Below are positions 1 to 11,186 of a DNA stretch of 54,061 bases, piece after piece. Below the pieces are notes generated by a model. That model was not told the origin of the DNA. It did not search any database and saw nothing but the letters and a program-made list of their open reading frames with translations. Source of the stretch: Prorocentrum cordatum (Eukaryota); assembly GCA_963575745.1 (NCBI GenBank), contig CAUYUJ010000268.1:62001-116061 (forward strand), written 5' to 3'. The first letter of the stretch is position 1. The number at the start of each line of letters is the position of its first letter. The position numbers were made by a program, and so were the translations under genes.

Positions 1-1779
1 GCTTGAATCCAGCATCCGCTTACCCTTGGTAGGTGAGACTAGACGGTTCCCATTTACAGAAGGAGGCAAGCAGGGCGGAGTGGAAACTCCAGTTGAGTGG
101 AGGGCACTTCTAGAACGCGTGTTAGAGCCACTCGTCAGATTGTGGATGGAGGCTGGAATTGGTTTTAGATTACCAGGCGACGGTGATGGAGAATCTGGTC
201 TTCTCGTCAACCATGCGATCTGGGCCGACAACATAGTCTTGTTTGCTACAGGGGAAGGTATGATGCAGCATATGATACAACGGCTGAACGAGTTCATCGC
301 TCAATATCGTACTTCTCGTGGAGAGCGATACTTGAAGTGGAAGCCAGAGTCGCTAGAATTCATGCGCGGCGGGACTTTGGCGGATAAGTCAGTCGATCGG
401 ACGCTTCTCTTTGGAGCAACGCGGAACCGCGTTATTTTACGAACAGAAAGACGGATTGATGTCATTGGGCGAATATCTGGACCCCAGAGGAGCCACGGGC
501 AACAGCGCGGACTTCAAGTTGGGCCGGGCCGAGAAATGTCACTACCGACACCTGTCCGCCTTGCAGAGCCGGAGTGCACCAGTCTTGAAGCGGCTTCGGG
601 CGTGGGCGACGGGGCCTGCAGCTTGCGCTGCGCACGGTTCAGAGAATTGGCACTTTACTGCGGCTTATTGCGTGACATGAGGGCGTGGGAGCTTCAGATG
701 TTACGGAGGATGTTTCGTTTTCGCCGCCGGCCCGACGAATCGGCAATGTTGCTTTACCAGCGAACTTCGACTTGTATCGCAAAATGGACGTCAGCAGCCG
801 GATCGGATTTTGTTTTTATGCGCGCGATGATTCCGGCGAGAACCCGCTCGCAGAAGCACGCGATTGCCGATCGACAGTGTGGCGGGGGACAACGCGAATA
901 TTAACACTTTATTCAAGACGACGGCGGCTGGGGATCGCGCGTTCGAGAGCAGGGCATCCAGTGACACCCTGGGATCATCCTTTTACTTGCGCGCGGCAGA
1001 CGGGCGGGGGCGATTGACAGGGGCATCGACGAAAGTGTTCTCCCAGGCAGAAGTGTGGGAAGACGTTCGAACAGTTTTCTGAGAGCCTCTGCCGACAGCG
1101 GGGCCTTCAGGCGCAACGGGCGGAGCGAGCAGAAGGTGGCTTCTCGACGCTCGTCACGGCGCGGCCCCCGTCGGAGGAATCTGAGCTCCTGAAGCCTAAC
1201 CCTCGGGGGCGCTCCTGGGGCACATTTGGGCGACGGGTTTGGATGCAGACGGACGACCGACAGCTTGCTCATGCATTCGGCGGCGCGTCAGTTTTGAAAG
1301 GTGCTCATTACAGGCCGCTGTTCGTGCGCATTTCCAGGTCATTGCTGAAACTTCATCATCTGAACATCCAGCCCTGGAAGCGGACCAGTGAGTTCGTTGA
1401 GTGGGGCCCGCGCGATTTTAATGCCCTTGCAGATGACGCTGCCAATAAAGCCCTGGACCGGGGGGCGGATTGGATGCGCGCGCACAGCGATAGCGTGCAA
1501 AGGGCGCGAGCCAGCCTAGTCAATCACCGTCCATGTTTCGACGGTGCTAGGCGCAGTTCGGGTGAATCAGCTGCTGGTGTCGCTTCTATCGCATATTACG
1601 TTTCCGGGGAGAGAGACCTCTTGCTCCGCGCTGGAAAGTTGCTCGGCGCGTTTCCATCGGCGCTCCTTGCCGAAGTACTCGCTGCAGAATGGCGTCTCGA
1701 CATCTTCTTTTCGCAGTTTCCCGTTGCGCCCAGCGGCGGGCAGGCATGCGAACCGCATGTGCCTTGAGGGAAGAATGAA
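1..1779 (+). mobile_element. 3' portion of a non-LTR retrotransposon (LINE), frameshifted; runs off the left edge of the window
   Basis: RT motif B-like GGKQGGVETP and motif C-like NHAIWADNIVLF in ORF 26..904. Motif E-like LGEYLD lies in the shifted frame 411..680. RNase H motifs in 1243..1767. The stop at 1767 is followed about 12 nt later by a (GTA)n tail. Confidence 0.8.
1243..1767 (+). pseudogene. RNase H domain of the LINE polyprotein, with motif halves in permuted order
   Basis: MQTDDRQL, then EWGPRDFNALADDAANKALD (RNase HI C-terminal motifs), then CFDGARR..SAAG and SALLAEVLAA (N-terminal motifs). Confidence 0.7.
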
Positions 1780-2708
1780 AGTAGTAGTAGTAGTAGTAGT
1801 AGTAGTCGTCGTAAAAGTAGTAGTAGTAGTAGTAGTAGTAGGGGTAGGAGTAGTAGTAGTAGTAGTAGTAGTAGCAGTAGTATTAGTGGTAGAAGTAAAA
1901 AATAGAAGTAGAAGTAGTTGTAGTAGTTGTAGTAGTTGTAGTAGTAGTAGTAGTAGTCGTCGTAAAAGTAGTAGTAGTAGTAGTAGTAGTAGGAGTAGTA
2001 GTAGTCGTAAAAGTAGTAGTAGTAGTAGTAGTAGTAGCAGTAGTAGTAGTAGTAGTGGTAGTCGTGGTAGTCGTGATGGTAGTTGTAGTAAGAGTAGTGG
2101 TAGTACTAATACGACTACTAGCAGTGGTAGTAGTAGTATTAGTAGTAGTAGTAGCAGTAGTAATACTAGTACTAGTAGTAGTACTAGTAGTAGTGGTATC
2201 CGTGGTAGTAGCTGTAGAAGACAAAAAGAAGTAGTAGTAGTCCCAGTAGTAGTTGTGGTATTAGTAGTACTAGTAGTAGTGGTAATAGCAGTAGTAGTAG
2301 TAGCAGTAGTAGTCGTAGTAGTAGTAGTAGTAGTCGTAGTCTAGTAGTAGTAGCCGTAGTAGTCGTAGTGTAGTAGTGGTCTGAGTAGTAGTCGTCGTAG
2401 TCTTAGTAGTCGTAGTAGTACTAGTAGTAGTAGTAGTAGTAGTAGCAGTAGTAGTAGTAGTAGGAGGAGGAGTAGTAGTAGCTGTAGTGGTAGTAGTAGT
2501 AGTAGTCGTAGTCGTTATCGTGTTAGTACTAGTAGTAGCAGTAGTAGTAGCAGTAGTAGTAGTAGTAGCAGAGTAGTAGTAGTTGTAGTGGCAGTGGTGT
2601 TGGCAGCGGTAGTAGTAGCCGCCGTAGTCGCAGTAGATGTATGAGTGGTAGCATTTGTAGGAGTAGTCGGAGATGTGGTCGTAGTAGTAGTAGTAGTAGT
2701 AGCAGCAG

Positions 2709-2749
<41 letters not shown>
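1780..2749. repeat. Degenerate (GTA)n microsatellite, probable LINE 3' tail
   Basis: About 970 bp of GTA with GTC/GCA/GTG variants directly after the LINE; similar repeat resumes at 4154-4267. Confidence 0.95.
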
Positions 2750-2750
<1 letters not shown>

Positions 2751-4153
2751 GGTCACCCTTCTTCTATGGATGGAAGCGCCCCGCCCATCTACGGCCGGTA
2801 TTTGTGTAAGGCCGGCAACATTGGTATATGGAAACAGAGTGCAAACTACGAGGAAGTCACATTTGGTGTATGGCCAGGTTCACATTCGCCAAGCGATTTG
2901 TTTTAAAGATTCCTTCGGTAACCTTTCGCGGCCCTCATATCCCCCCCCAGAAGCGCGTCGGAACCCTTAAAACGCCATTCGGGTTCCGGCGGAGTTCTTC
3001 GCGATTCCCGGCGGGGCCGTTCGGACTCCGATATGTCGCGATCGGATTCAAAGACTATTGAGGAATCGTGAGGCGTTTTGAAGATGTTTGAGGAACCCAA
3101 GGGACTTTTAAAGAATCCGGAGTGCCTCTGAGGAATCCAGAAGACTCCCCAATTTCGTTGAATCCTGAACATGTCCTAGTGACGTCTGGGAGCTTCCGAG
3201 GGGCTTTAAAAAATGTGTGAGGGCTTCCGCGAAGCTTCTACGCGGTTCCGAGCGGCTTATGAGGGCTGCCGCAAGGCCACTGAGAGCTGCCGAGAAGCCT
3301 CTGCGAGCCTCCGAGAGGCCTTGATAATGTTTGCAGAGGTTTCTAAAAGATCCCGAAAGGTTGTTGAGGCATCCCGAGAAGCCTCTGAGAGCTTCCCACC
3401 GGTTTTTGAAAATTTCACAACACACAACACACAACACAACACACCACGCACAACACACAAGACAACTCACATCACACAACACACCAGACAACACACACCA
3501 CGCACAACGCACCAAAGGCCAGCAGAGCATCGTCCTGTTTAGCAGAGCTTAGCGGGGCGAAGTATAGCTTACTCGAGTTTGCAGGGCCTAGCAGAGACAA
3601 GCAGGGCTTAGCAGAGCCCAGCAGGGGCGTAGCAGGGCGTAGGAGGTCTCACCAGGGCTGAACAGCGCCTATAGCAGGGCTTACCAGAGCCCAGCAGGGG
3701 TCAGCAAGACTTAGCAAGGCTCAGCAGATTGTAGCAGGGCCTCGCAAAGCTTCACGGGGCTGCGCAAGGCTCAGCCAAGCCTAGCAGTAGTCCCCGCGAG
3801 TTTGTGGCCGGTACTGTGGCTGAGGGCTCAATATCAGTTCGCGAACACTGTCTTCGGGATCTGTGCATTACACACTTCGCCTACGGCCAGTTCCTGTGGA
3901 TTCCTATTTGATGATTTATAGTTTTCAAGGAATTCATTGAAGTCCTATTGAATTCCGCTTGTAAAGTATTTTATTGAATCCCGATTGAATTGTTATTGAA
4001 TTCGATTGAATTCGGATTGAAGTTCTATTGTATTTCTCGGACGCCTTCCCATTGGAGATCCTACTGAATTCCAATACGAAGGCTTCCCAGCGAAGCCAAA
4101 CCCAAACCCATACTCAAACCCAAACCTCCCAGTCCATAGGTCCGGTGTGACCC
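2750..4153. mobile_element. Non-autonomous DNA transposon (MITE-like), imperfect TIRs, TA duplication
   Basis: TA|GGGTCAC-N7-CTATGGA-TGGAAG at left and the reverse complement of GGGTCAC-N7-CTATGGACTGGGAG at right, followed by TA. It interrupts the GTA tract. The interior is simple repeats with no credible ORF. Confidence 0.6.
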
Positions 4154-4267
4154 TAGTGGTAGTAGTCGTCGTCGGCTTCATCGTCGTCGTCGTTGTCGTC
4201 GTCGTCTTGGTCGTCGTCGCCGTCGTTATAGCCGCAATACTATTGTAGTAGCAGTAGTAGTAGTAGC
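4154..4267. repeat. (GTA)/(GTC) microsatellite, continuation of the interrupted tract
   Basis: gtagtagtcgtcgtc...gtagtagtag visible directly. Confidence 0.85.
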
Positions 4268-5068
4268 AAGGGCCAGAAGGTGGACTGCAGGCCCCCCTGC
4301 GGGGCTTTGTTTTTAGGACAGTCTGTCGCAAGCGCGCAACGGTTCAATTCGAAGGCGCTCGATTGTCGCGCGTCCTCCGCGCAGTGCTTGGATGAAACGG
4401 CCAGGTCTCGCGCAGGGTCATGCCAAATTTTGTAGCTCTCCGCCGCCAGCCGCCGCGGCCCACTACCAGTTCGCAGTCATGTGTCCGATGCCGTACTTCG
4501 CCTACAGTTAGATTCGGGCAAGGCGAGCCCGCGTGTAACGCTCAGCGTGACCTCTGATATCATCGGACATACTTCCGAAAGCGTTTAAACAGCGTCAGCA
4601 AGGGAGGCGCTAACGAGGGCAACAGCAAAAACGTCTTGCAACGGTGGCCTTGTCTAGCCGATCAGTTTGGTTGAGAGTGCCTCTGCAGGCCCGATTGTTT
4701 CCACTGCGGCATTGCTATGATAATTGTTTTTCTTGGGGTCTTATTGTCGGGGGGGTCCGCGGTCACTTGCTTATCATTGGGGGCGGGGGTGTTAGCTGTG
4801 CAATCGAGCCTGGACGCGGCAGCAAGCATTCTGCAACCTTCGCAGCGGACTCTCAACATCCAGTTACGCTGCTGCGCTCATATCCGCCACCGCGCCATCG
4901 ATAAGGGAAGGTTCGTGGGGGGGCTGGGGTGGTTGGTCCACGGAGAGGCCCACCGTGATCGCCGTTGTCTGTTTCGTTGCGTGTGTGGGCGGCGGAATTC
5001 CCCGGAATTTGAAGCAACGGGTTGGCGACGATGCGGGGGCGGGAGGGGGGAGGTTCGCGAGAAGTTGA

Positions 5069-5118
5069 ACACAGACACACACACACACACACACACGCAC
5101 GCACACACACACACACAC
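5069..5118. repeat. (CA)n microsatellite, left flank / target of the Penelope-like element
   Basis: CA run with a GCACG interruption; the same interrupted run occurs at 11129-11166. Confidence 0.9.
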
Positions 5119-5413
5119 TATGAAGTGTAGTTATATGGCAATGCTCAGATCTGCAGCCCAAGACCCTGGCACGTTCAACTCTTGGAAGTACGTCGGCCAG
5201 GCGAAAGCCACAGAGAAATCACAATAACAAACGTGTTATTTTTACAATGCGCTGCGACTCCGTGGACCCATCCGATGTGCAGCCCAATCTCGATTGGGCT
5301 TTGAGCGCTAGCCTAAACCCACGGAGCCTGGCTCGTGCCAGAATGTGCGATGGCAAAGAGGCAGGAGAAAAGAGATATGGCCAATAATGGCCAGGGGATG
5401 TTAGATGGAAAAC
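5114..5413 (-). repeat. 3' pseudo-LTR of the PLE
   Basis: Direct repeat of 10831-11130; 9 substitutions counted by eye, no indels. Confidence 0.92.
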
Positions 5414-5515
5414 GCACACACAACCTCCACAAGATGGGTGGGAAAAAGGACTATCAGAGGACTTCATTCGCCTCGTCCCCCATTCTTGAAGGTGTGGTGT
5501 TGGCGCTGGCACAAA

Positions 5516-6136
5516 TCACAAGTAACGAGCGATCCCCCGCAGGCCTGGGAGTCTACGCAGCAATATGACTCTGAACGGCCAAAGAACTGGAATGCTTGCA
5601 GCAAACGTCGCTAGAAAAGCAGCCCCTCCTGTAGGGCTGTCCGAGAGGTCTCCACAATCCCCGAAAGAAGGGGGGTCGCTGCAAGACGGGTCGCCGTCCA
5701 CAACGCTATGTCTAAAATCCACGGAGCTGGGAGCCTTGGGAATGGGGGAGTCGAAAATGTCACGAAAGCCCTGGAACCAACGTGCACGTAGAATATTCAT
5801 CAGGATACGACTGCCAAGCCAATAGGGAACCTGATCCACGACTCGGGTTAGTGCGAGCCCGAGGTGATCAACAGTTTCCCAGAAACGAACGCGAAGCCCG
5901 TCAAGCAGCAAGCCTGACTGCCAAATCGCAATGACGAAAATCCCAAGAAGCATAATGAGGCACCCGTACCACATTACAATCATGATTGAATGCAGGTAGT
6001 TCACCACGCTCCCAAAAGACAGATCAATATCCGTCTTCGCGTGGTCCAAAGAGTGCTCAGTTCGCTTCTTCTTAGCATAGTTACGAGAAGAGGGCATGTG
6101 GAGGTACAAAGTACGTTCATCATCCGAGGAGGGCAC
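5516..6136 (-). CDS. Hypothetical PLE-borne ORF with a predicted transmembrane segment
   Basis: 206 codons in frame with the RT ORF and separated from it only by one TGA. Hydrophobic stretch YLHSIMIVMWYGCLIMLLGIFVIAIW. Confidence 0.4.
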   Translation of the reverse strand: MPSSDDERTLYLHMPSSRNYAKKKRTEHSLDHAKTDIDLSFGSVVNYLHSIMIVMWYGCLIMLLGIFVIAIWQSGLLLDGLRVRFWETVDHLGLALTRVVDQVPYWLGSRILMNILRARWFQGFRDIFDSPIPKAPSSVDFRHSVVDGDPSCSDPPSFGDCGDLSDSPTGGAAFLATFAASIPVLWPFRVILLRRLPGLRGIARYL

Positions 6137-9100
6137 TCAGGCGGCAGACGGGGCTGGCTGTAGAGCATTGGCGGCAATCTCGCCGTCGGCCGTCAGAAAG
6201 CGAAAGAGGTAGGTCCCGATGCCGCCCTTATCCAGATCTTGGATGGCCTCATTCTCGGAACCCAGAGAAACCAACTTCTTCCTCCACTGGTCCAAGCTCT
6301 TAAGCTTGGAAACCGACTCCCACCAAGTCACGTACGGAATACCATCCCTCGGGTAACCTTCCTTCATACCCTTGTACTGCGCGTTGCCCTGGACACCGAG
6401 GAACGTCGCTACCCCCGCGTGGGCCACGAGGAGGACCTGCTGCTGGAAGAACGGGTCGCGAGCCCCCTCCTCCGCTGGGGGAACTGCATGGTCTCCAAGG
6501 CTGCCACCACCAGGGGCTTGGATACGATCGAACTTGTCCATGAGCTTCGCCATCATGTGCTGGGCCTGCTTACATGCGACCTGGTTCTCGGTGCTGACCG
6601 CCTTGATCTCGGATATGTCCTTGGACTGGGCGTCCACGCGGCTGGTCAACGCATCTAGATCGGCACGCAGGCGCTTGACCTCGGGGTCGTCGGTGCCCGC
6701 ATGGCCAGACACCCCCGAGCCAGGCAGCGCGAACTCCGCCAGGCGCTTCACCGTGCCCTCCAACCGGCTGTCGGTCGGCGCCGCCGCGGCCGCAGGTCGA
6801 ACCACGGCCGCCAGCGCCTGGGCCAACTCCTTGGCGGGGCCGTGCTCAGCAGCGCTTTCGCGTGCTTGCTTGGCCTGCGCCATCTGCGTCGCCAGGGAGG
6901 CCATCTCGCCGAAGCTCTGGATGTCCTCCATGACATTGTTGAAGTTGGCCATCATGCCACCGAGACTTCCCCCGCCACGATGGTCCTGACGCGGACGCTG
7001 GGGCGGCTGTTGGAACGGCTTCTTGCCCATCGTGCTGTCGAGGCCCGGCGGTGGGCCTCTAAGCCGATGCTGCCGAGGAAGAGAGGCACACGATTCAAGC
7101 TGAGCCGCAATGGCGTCGGCCGAAGGGATGAGGCGCTTAGAAGTGACGACAACAAGGCGAAAACATTGGGTAATCAGATCTCGCAAGGGGCCTGGAGGAG
7201 CCAGGCACTTCCACACTGCTGAGACATACTTAACTGGATAACCAAGACGGAGTAAAGTCAACATATCCACAGAGATTAGGAGAATCATATTGACAGGGTG
7301 GAGCTCAACCCGAAGCCATGACTGGAGGCGACCCTTGGCCTCCCCCCGCATCTCCTGAACCTGACGTGTTTTGAGTACCCCAAGGAACGGTATGGTAGTC
7401 TGCTTGTCCATGAATATCGACTCGCCCGTGAAGGCGTACTTCTCATTCCTGTGCAGCATTTCTATCTTGAGTCCGTCGAAGCTGGCATGCAGGTAGAGGT
7501 CGAGATATTTATAAACAACCCCAGATCTGAAAACCTCAAACTTGTCGTCGGGATCAAACTTGGTGACACCACGATATGTACTATGCAAAATGTGTGTCAA
7601 ACATGTGCGGCAAAACCGATAACTGAACATATGTACGTCGCCAACATACCTCGAGGCCATGAAATCCCGAAACCGTTGCCACCACTTGCCATCACGAGAG
7701 TGTTCGGCTCGAGACAGGACAATATGGAGCAGACATGGGGATAGCGGACCACCAATGGGAACCCCACATACCTGGCGCAGAGAAACATTGCCCAGAGTGA
7801 AGTACTTAAAACCCAAGAAGCCAGCCAACGAACGTTGGAGGGAGGAAAAAAGGAAGACCGTACGATCAACATAACGGTGATGCATCAAACCTCCAAGAAT
7901 CACGGATGCCGCGCGAGAGTGCATGACCGAAATCGTCTTCATCTTGAAAGCACGATGGGCCCGATCAAAGAGGTTCTGAACAGAGCTCCAAACCACAGGG
8001 TCACTCAACGTCTCATATGCCTGACCTGCATCCGCAACCACAAAACCTGGGTATGACATCGGCGATCGACAGCTGGCACAACAGAATCTCCCAAGAGGAT
8101 CTTGAATGGGACCTCGAAGAAGGTCAGAATTTTGCAAGAGCTCCTCAGGGGCCTTGGAGAGATCCTTCAAGGACCAGCCAGGGGTAAGAAGGTCGACCAA
8201 ACAGTTGACTGCCCTTGCAATGCGGCGATAGAGTCGGCGAGACGGCATCTTCAGAAACGAACAAACAATTCTGACACAAGAATGCCCTGGCTTTTTGCAT
8301 TTTTTTGATCCGTCAGTGTTGAAGCACTTGAGTTTGATGGTGGGGTACACGCACGGGAGGTTCGCACCAGAGACATTCCCAGGGCACCCCCTCATCGATT
8401 TTGGAATGGTCCAATCATAGCATAGCCTATACCAAGACAAAATACTCAATAACGGGGCCGCTGACAATCTCCACCGCTCAGGGGCTGCAGAGAGGATCCC
8501 AAGCCAACGAACCACCATCGCCCCAACCTCGAACGCCCACAAGGTATGAGGATCCTTGTCCTCAACCGTAATCCCAGTGGCTGGGGGGAGGGCCTCCAAC
8601 TCCGCACAAAGAGCTCTGAGCGCCTCCTCTTGGGGCGGGTTGGGCGCCCTCGCAGTAAAAGTCCGAGGAGAATGTCTTGATCCAAATGATGCCGCAACCC
8701 CGCGTGGAGACCCACTGCCTGCCGAGGAAGGCCGACTGGGAGAGGATACTTCACAGGGCGCTGATGCTGCACACGCGGATAACGGATAGCTGGAAGGTAA
8801 TGCTGCACACGCGGTCGTAGTACGTCTGGGCGGTAATGCTGCACACGCGGTTGATGTGCGTCTGGGTAAGGTATCTGCACAAGGAGGAGCCGAACTTCGT
8901 GTCCCCGAAGCTGTTTTTGTTTATGAGCCTGGAGCGCGCACGGAGCAGAGGCAGAGCAAAGATATCAGGGATACGCTGACGGTGCAACCACCTGCTGCAC
9001 TGCTGGCTCAAAGATTCGTGGGACGTTAGGACATCGGAGCCTTTCCACGGGGGACGACCATTACACGGGAGCCGAACCAGATCACGGCCTTCATGGATGT

Positions 9101-10755
9101 GCTGAAAATCTTCAAACTCGAGCGTAGACAGCTGATCAAACTCAAACGATTTCATCTGGGTAGACACATTCACACAGCGACGTTGGATGGACACGACAGG
9201 GCGTATGTTGACATAAACAGTAGCCGAAACAGCCTTAGCCCATGCTGGGCGTACCAAAGCTAGTTGCCCAATAACCTGCCGAAACCAACCTCGAATAAGT
9301 TGTGCTTCGCACTCATCATCTACTAGAACGCATTCTGGGACAGGTGGACATAGGTCGCTGAGCCGCATAAAGTCAGCTAGGGCACCCCGTACGACAGAAC
9401 GATGCGAGTGATATGGTAAGGCAGCCGCAAGAAACCAGAGAGCGTATAAACTATCAAGCCCGAGCCGACGACGTGCCACCACATCCTGCCATATAATTTC
9501 ACGGGGATTTCCACGCCACCCACCGTACCAGGAGAAGTCCATTGGATGGGGTACGAATGTCCACAGGTCCACACGGCTGGCCCGACATGATCTGGCGTCG
9601 CATGAACTCATCATAGACCCCGAGGTAATGTTTTCGCAAAATCTGAGTCCATTCCAGATGCCGAGCTCTAGTAGATTTTTTTGTCCATGAAAAATCTCTG
9701 TAAAGAGTGCAGGCGGGTTTCCAACCAAAGACGAGAACGCTCAAATCGATCCTCACCCAGGCCAGAGTCCAGTCGTCGGGCACGGCGGCCACGGCGACTG
9801 CGGTGACACTTACCCACTCTGCCACTACCAGCCCACGAGGGTTTGGGGGAACAGTTTTTGGCCACAGGGCGTGAGATAACAATATACGAGGACTCCAAAG
9901 CCGTCGCCTCCCTGACAGACGCGAGCGTGATAAACACGATGGGGGGGGGGAAGACGTGCGATTAGAGCTCAGCAAAGCCCCATAACGTGCACGATCAGGA
10001 ACATAACCACGCTGAGTTCGCACGCGATAGAAGCACCGTGCGTGCACACGCCAGCGACTGACTGAACCTGACACCAGAGAAGAACGCCGTTGGAGTAAGC
10101 CCTGACCGATGTAACATCCCTGCAGGCCCAACTGATAGATAAAGGCACGGCCTCGTACGTCAGGAGGGGCGAGGATGCAACGTGCTTGCAGGGAAAACCA
10201 GGCATGCAACTCGGCGCAATGAAGCAAGGATGCCGGGCCCTTGCGCTTGAGAGCCCACGCCAAGTCCCCAGGGAGACAAAGTAGTGCCTTCTGGACCTGC
10301 TCTCGGACCCTCCGTCCACCAGTGAGACGCTCACGGAACCGTAGCATACTCAAAGACACCACAACGCCCAAATGAATCCGATGGGTAGTAAGATCCAAGG
10401 ATACATTTGAACCAAAATCTAAACGAGACAGTTCCGACTCCAGGACCTCCAAGGCCAGAAACATATGATCAGATGGTGTAGACACAACCAATTGAAACAA
10501 GGTCCCAATCAGAAGCTTTTCGACGGGGCATTCAGGGCCAAGAACATCAGGAGAAAGATCTAGAGCCGTCGAACGCAATGGGGGCATCCAAGAAGTAAGA
10601 ACCCGAACTTGCTCCAACACACGGGTGCCCATGGAGATCGAAGACGGTGCTAGAAGGGAATGGCGAAACACAACATCCCCACTTGACTGTAGCGACGGCC
10701 CAGCCTCGGACATGGAAAACACGGAACAGAACCACACCTCGAGGCCTGAAGGCAT
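6137..10755 (-). pseudogene. GIY-YIG endonuclease - reverse transcriptase polyprotein, broken by about 3 frameshifts
   Basis: AFIYQLGLQGCYIGQG..RWRVH (~10040-10146) and ALESSYIVISRPVAKN (~9854-9900). RT motifs ADAGQAYETL (~8005-8035), QVCGVPIGGPLSP (~7737-7775), RYVGD (~7637-7651). The RT frame is open from ~8920 to 6137. Frame changes fall at or near homopolymers (G run 9940-9950, T run ~9675-9681, T run ~8914-8918). Confidence 0.8.
8763..8868. repeat. Three 33-bp tandem units inside the PLE ORF linker
   Basis: (gta)atgctgcacacgcgg recurs three times at 33-bp spacing, so frame is preserved. Confidence 0.8.
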
Positions 10756-10830
10756 AAGCCGTCGAAATAGGAATTGGAAGCGCTTGCGGTGCACCACTGA
10801 ACCTGGGCAGTGGCTCCACTCCAGCACTGT

Positions 10831-11130
10831 CACACTATGAAGTGTAGTTATATGGAAATGCTCAGATCTGCAGACCAAGACCCTGGTACGTTCAACTCTT
10901 GGAAGTACGTCGGCCAGGCGCAAGCCACAGAGAAATCACAATAACAAACGTGTTATGTTTACAATGCGCTGCGACTCCGTGGACCCATCCGATGTGCAGC
11001 CCAATCTCGATTGGGCTTTGAGCGCTAGCCTAAACCCACGGAGCCTGGCTCGTGCCAGAATGTGCGATGGCATAGAGGCAGGAGAAAAGAGATATGGCCA
11101 ATAATGGCCAGGGGAAATTGGATGGAAAAC
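10831..11130 (-). repeat. 5' pseudo-LTR of the PLE
   Basis: Direct repeat of 5114-5413. Confidence 0.92.
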
Positions 11131-11186
11131 ACACACACACACACGCACGCACACACACACACACACACAGACACACATACGCACAC
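11129..11186. repeat. (CA)n microsatellite, right flank of the PLE
   Basis: CA run with the same GCACG interruption as the left flank. Confidence 0.9.

Larger units (their letters stand above)
5114..11130 (-). mobile_element. Penelope-like retroelement (PLE) with N-terminal GIY-YIG endonuclease (Naiad/Chlamys-type domain order)
   Basis: 300-bp direct terminal repeats. Minus-strand GIY-YIG motifs precede a PLE-type RT (QVCGVPIGGPLSP..E, RYVGD). No integrase, protease or RNase H seen. (CA)n on both flanks. Confidence 0.8.

Noticed and set aside
1544..2970. Poly-V/S/T/L ORFs
   Set aside because: Translations of the (GTA)n microsatellite.
5114..5413. Hammerhead ribozyme in the pLTR
   Set aside because: No CTGANGA plus GAAA core found by eye on either strand.
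5114..11130. LTR retrotransposon or DIRS interpretation of the 300-bp direct repeats
   Set aside because: No TG..CA ends, PBS/PPT, integrase, protease, RNase H or tyrosine recombinase; RT and GIY-YIG motifs fit a PLE.
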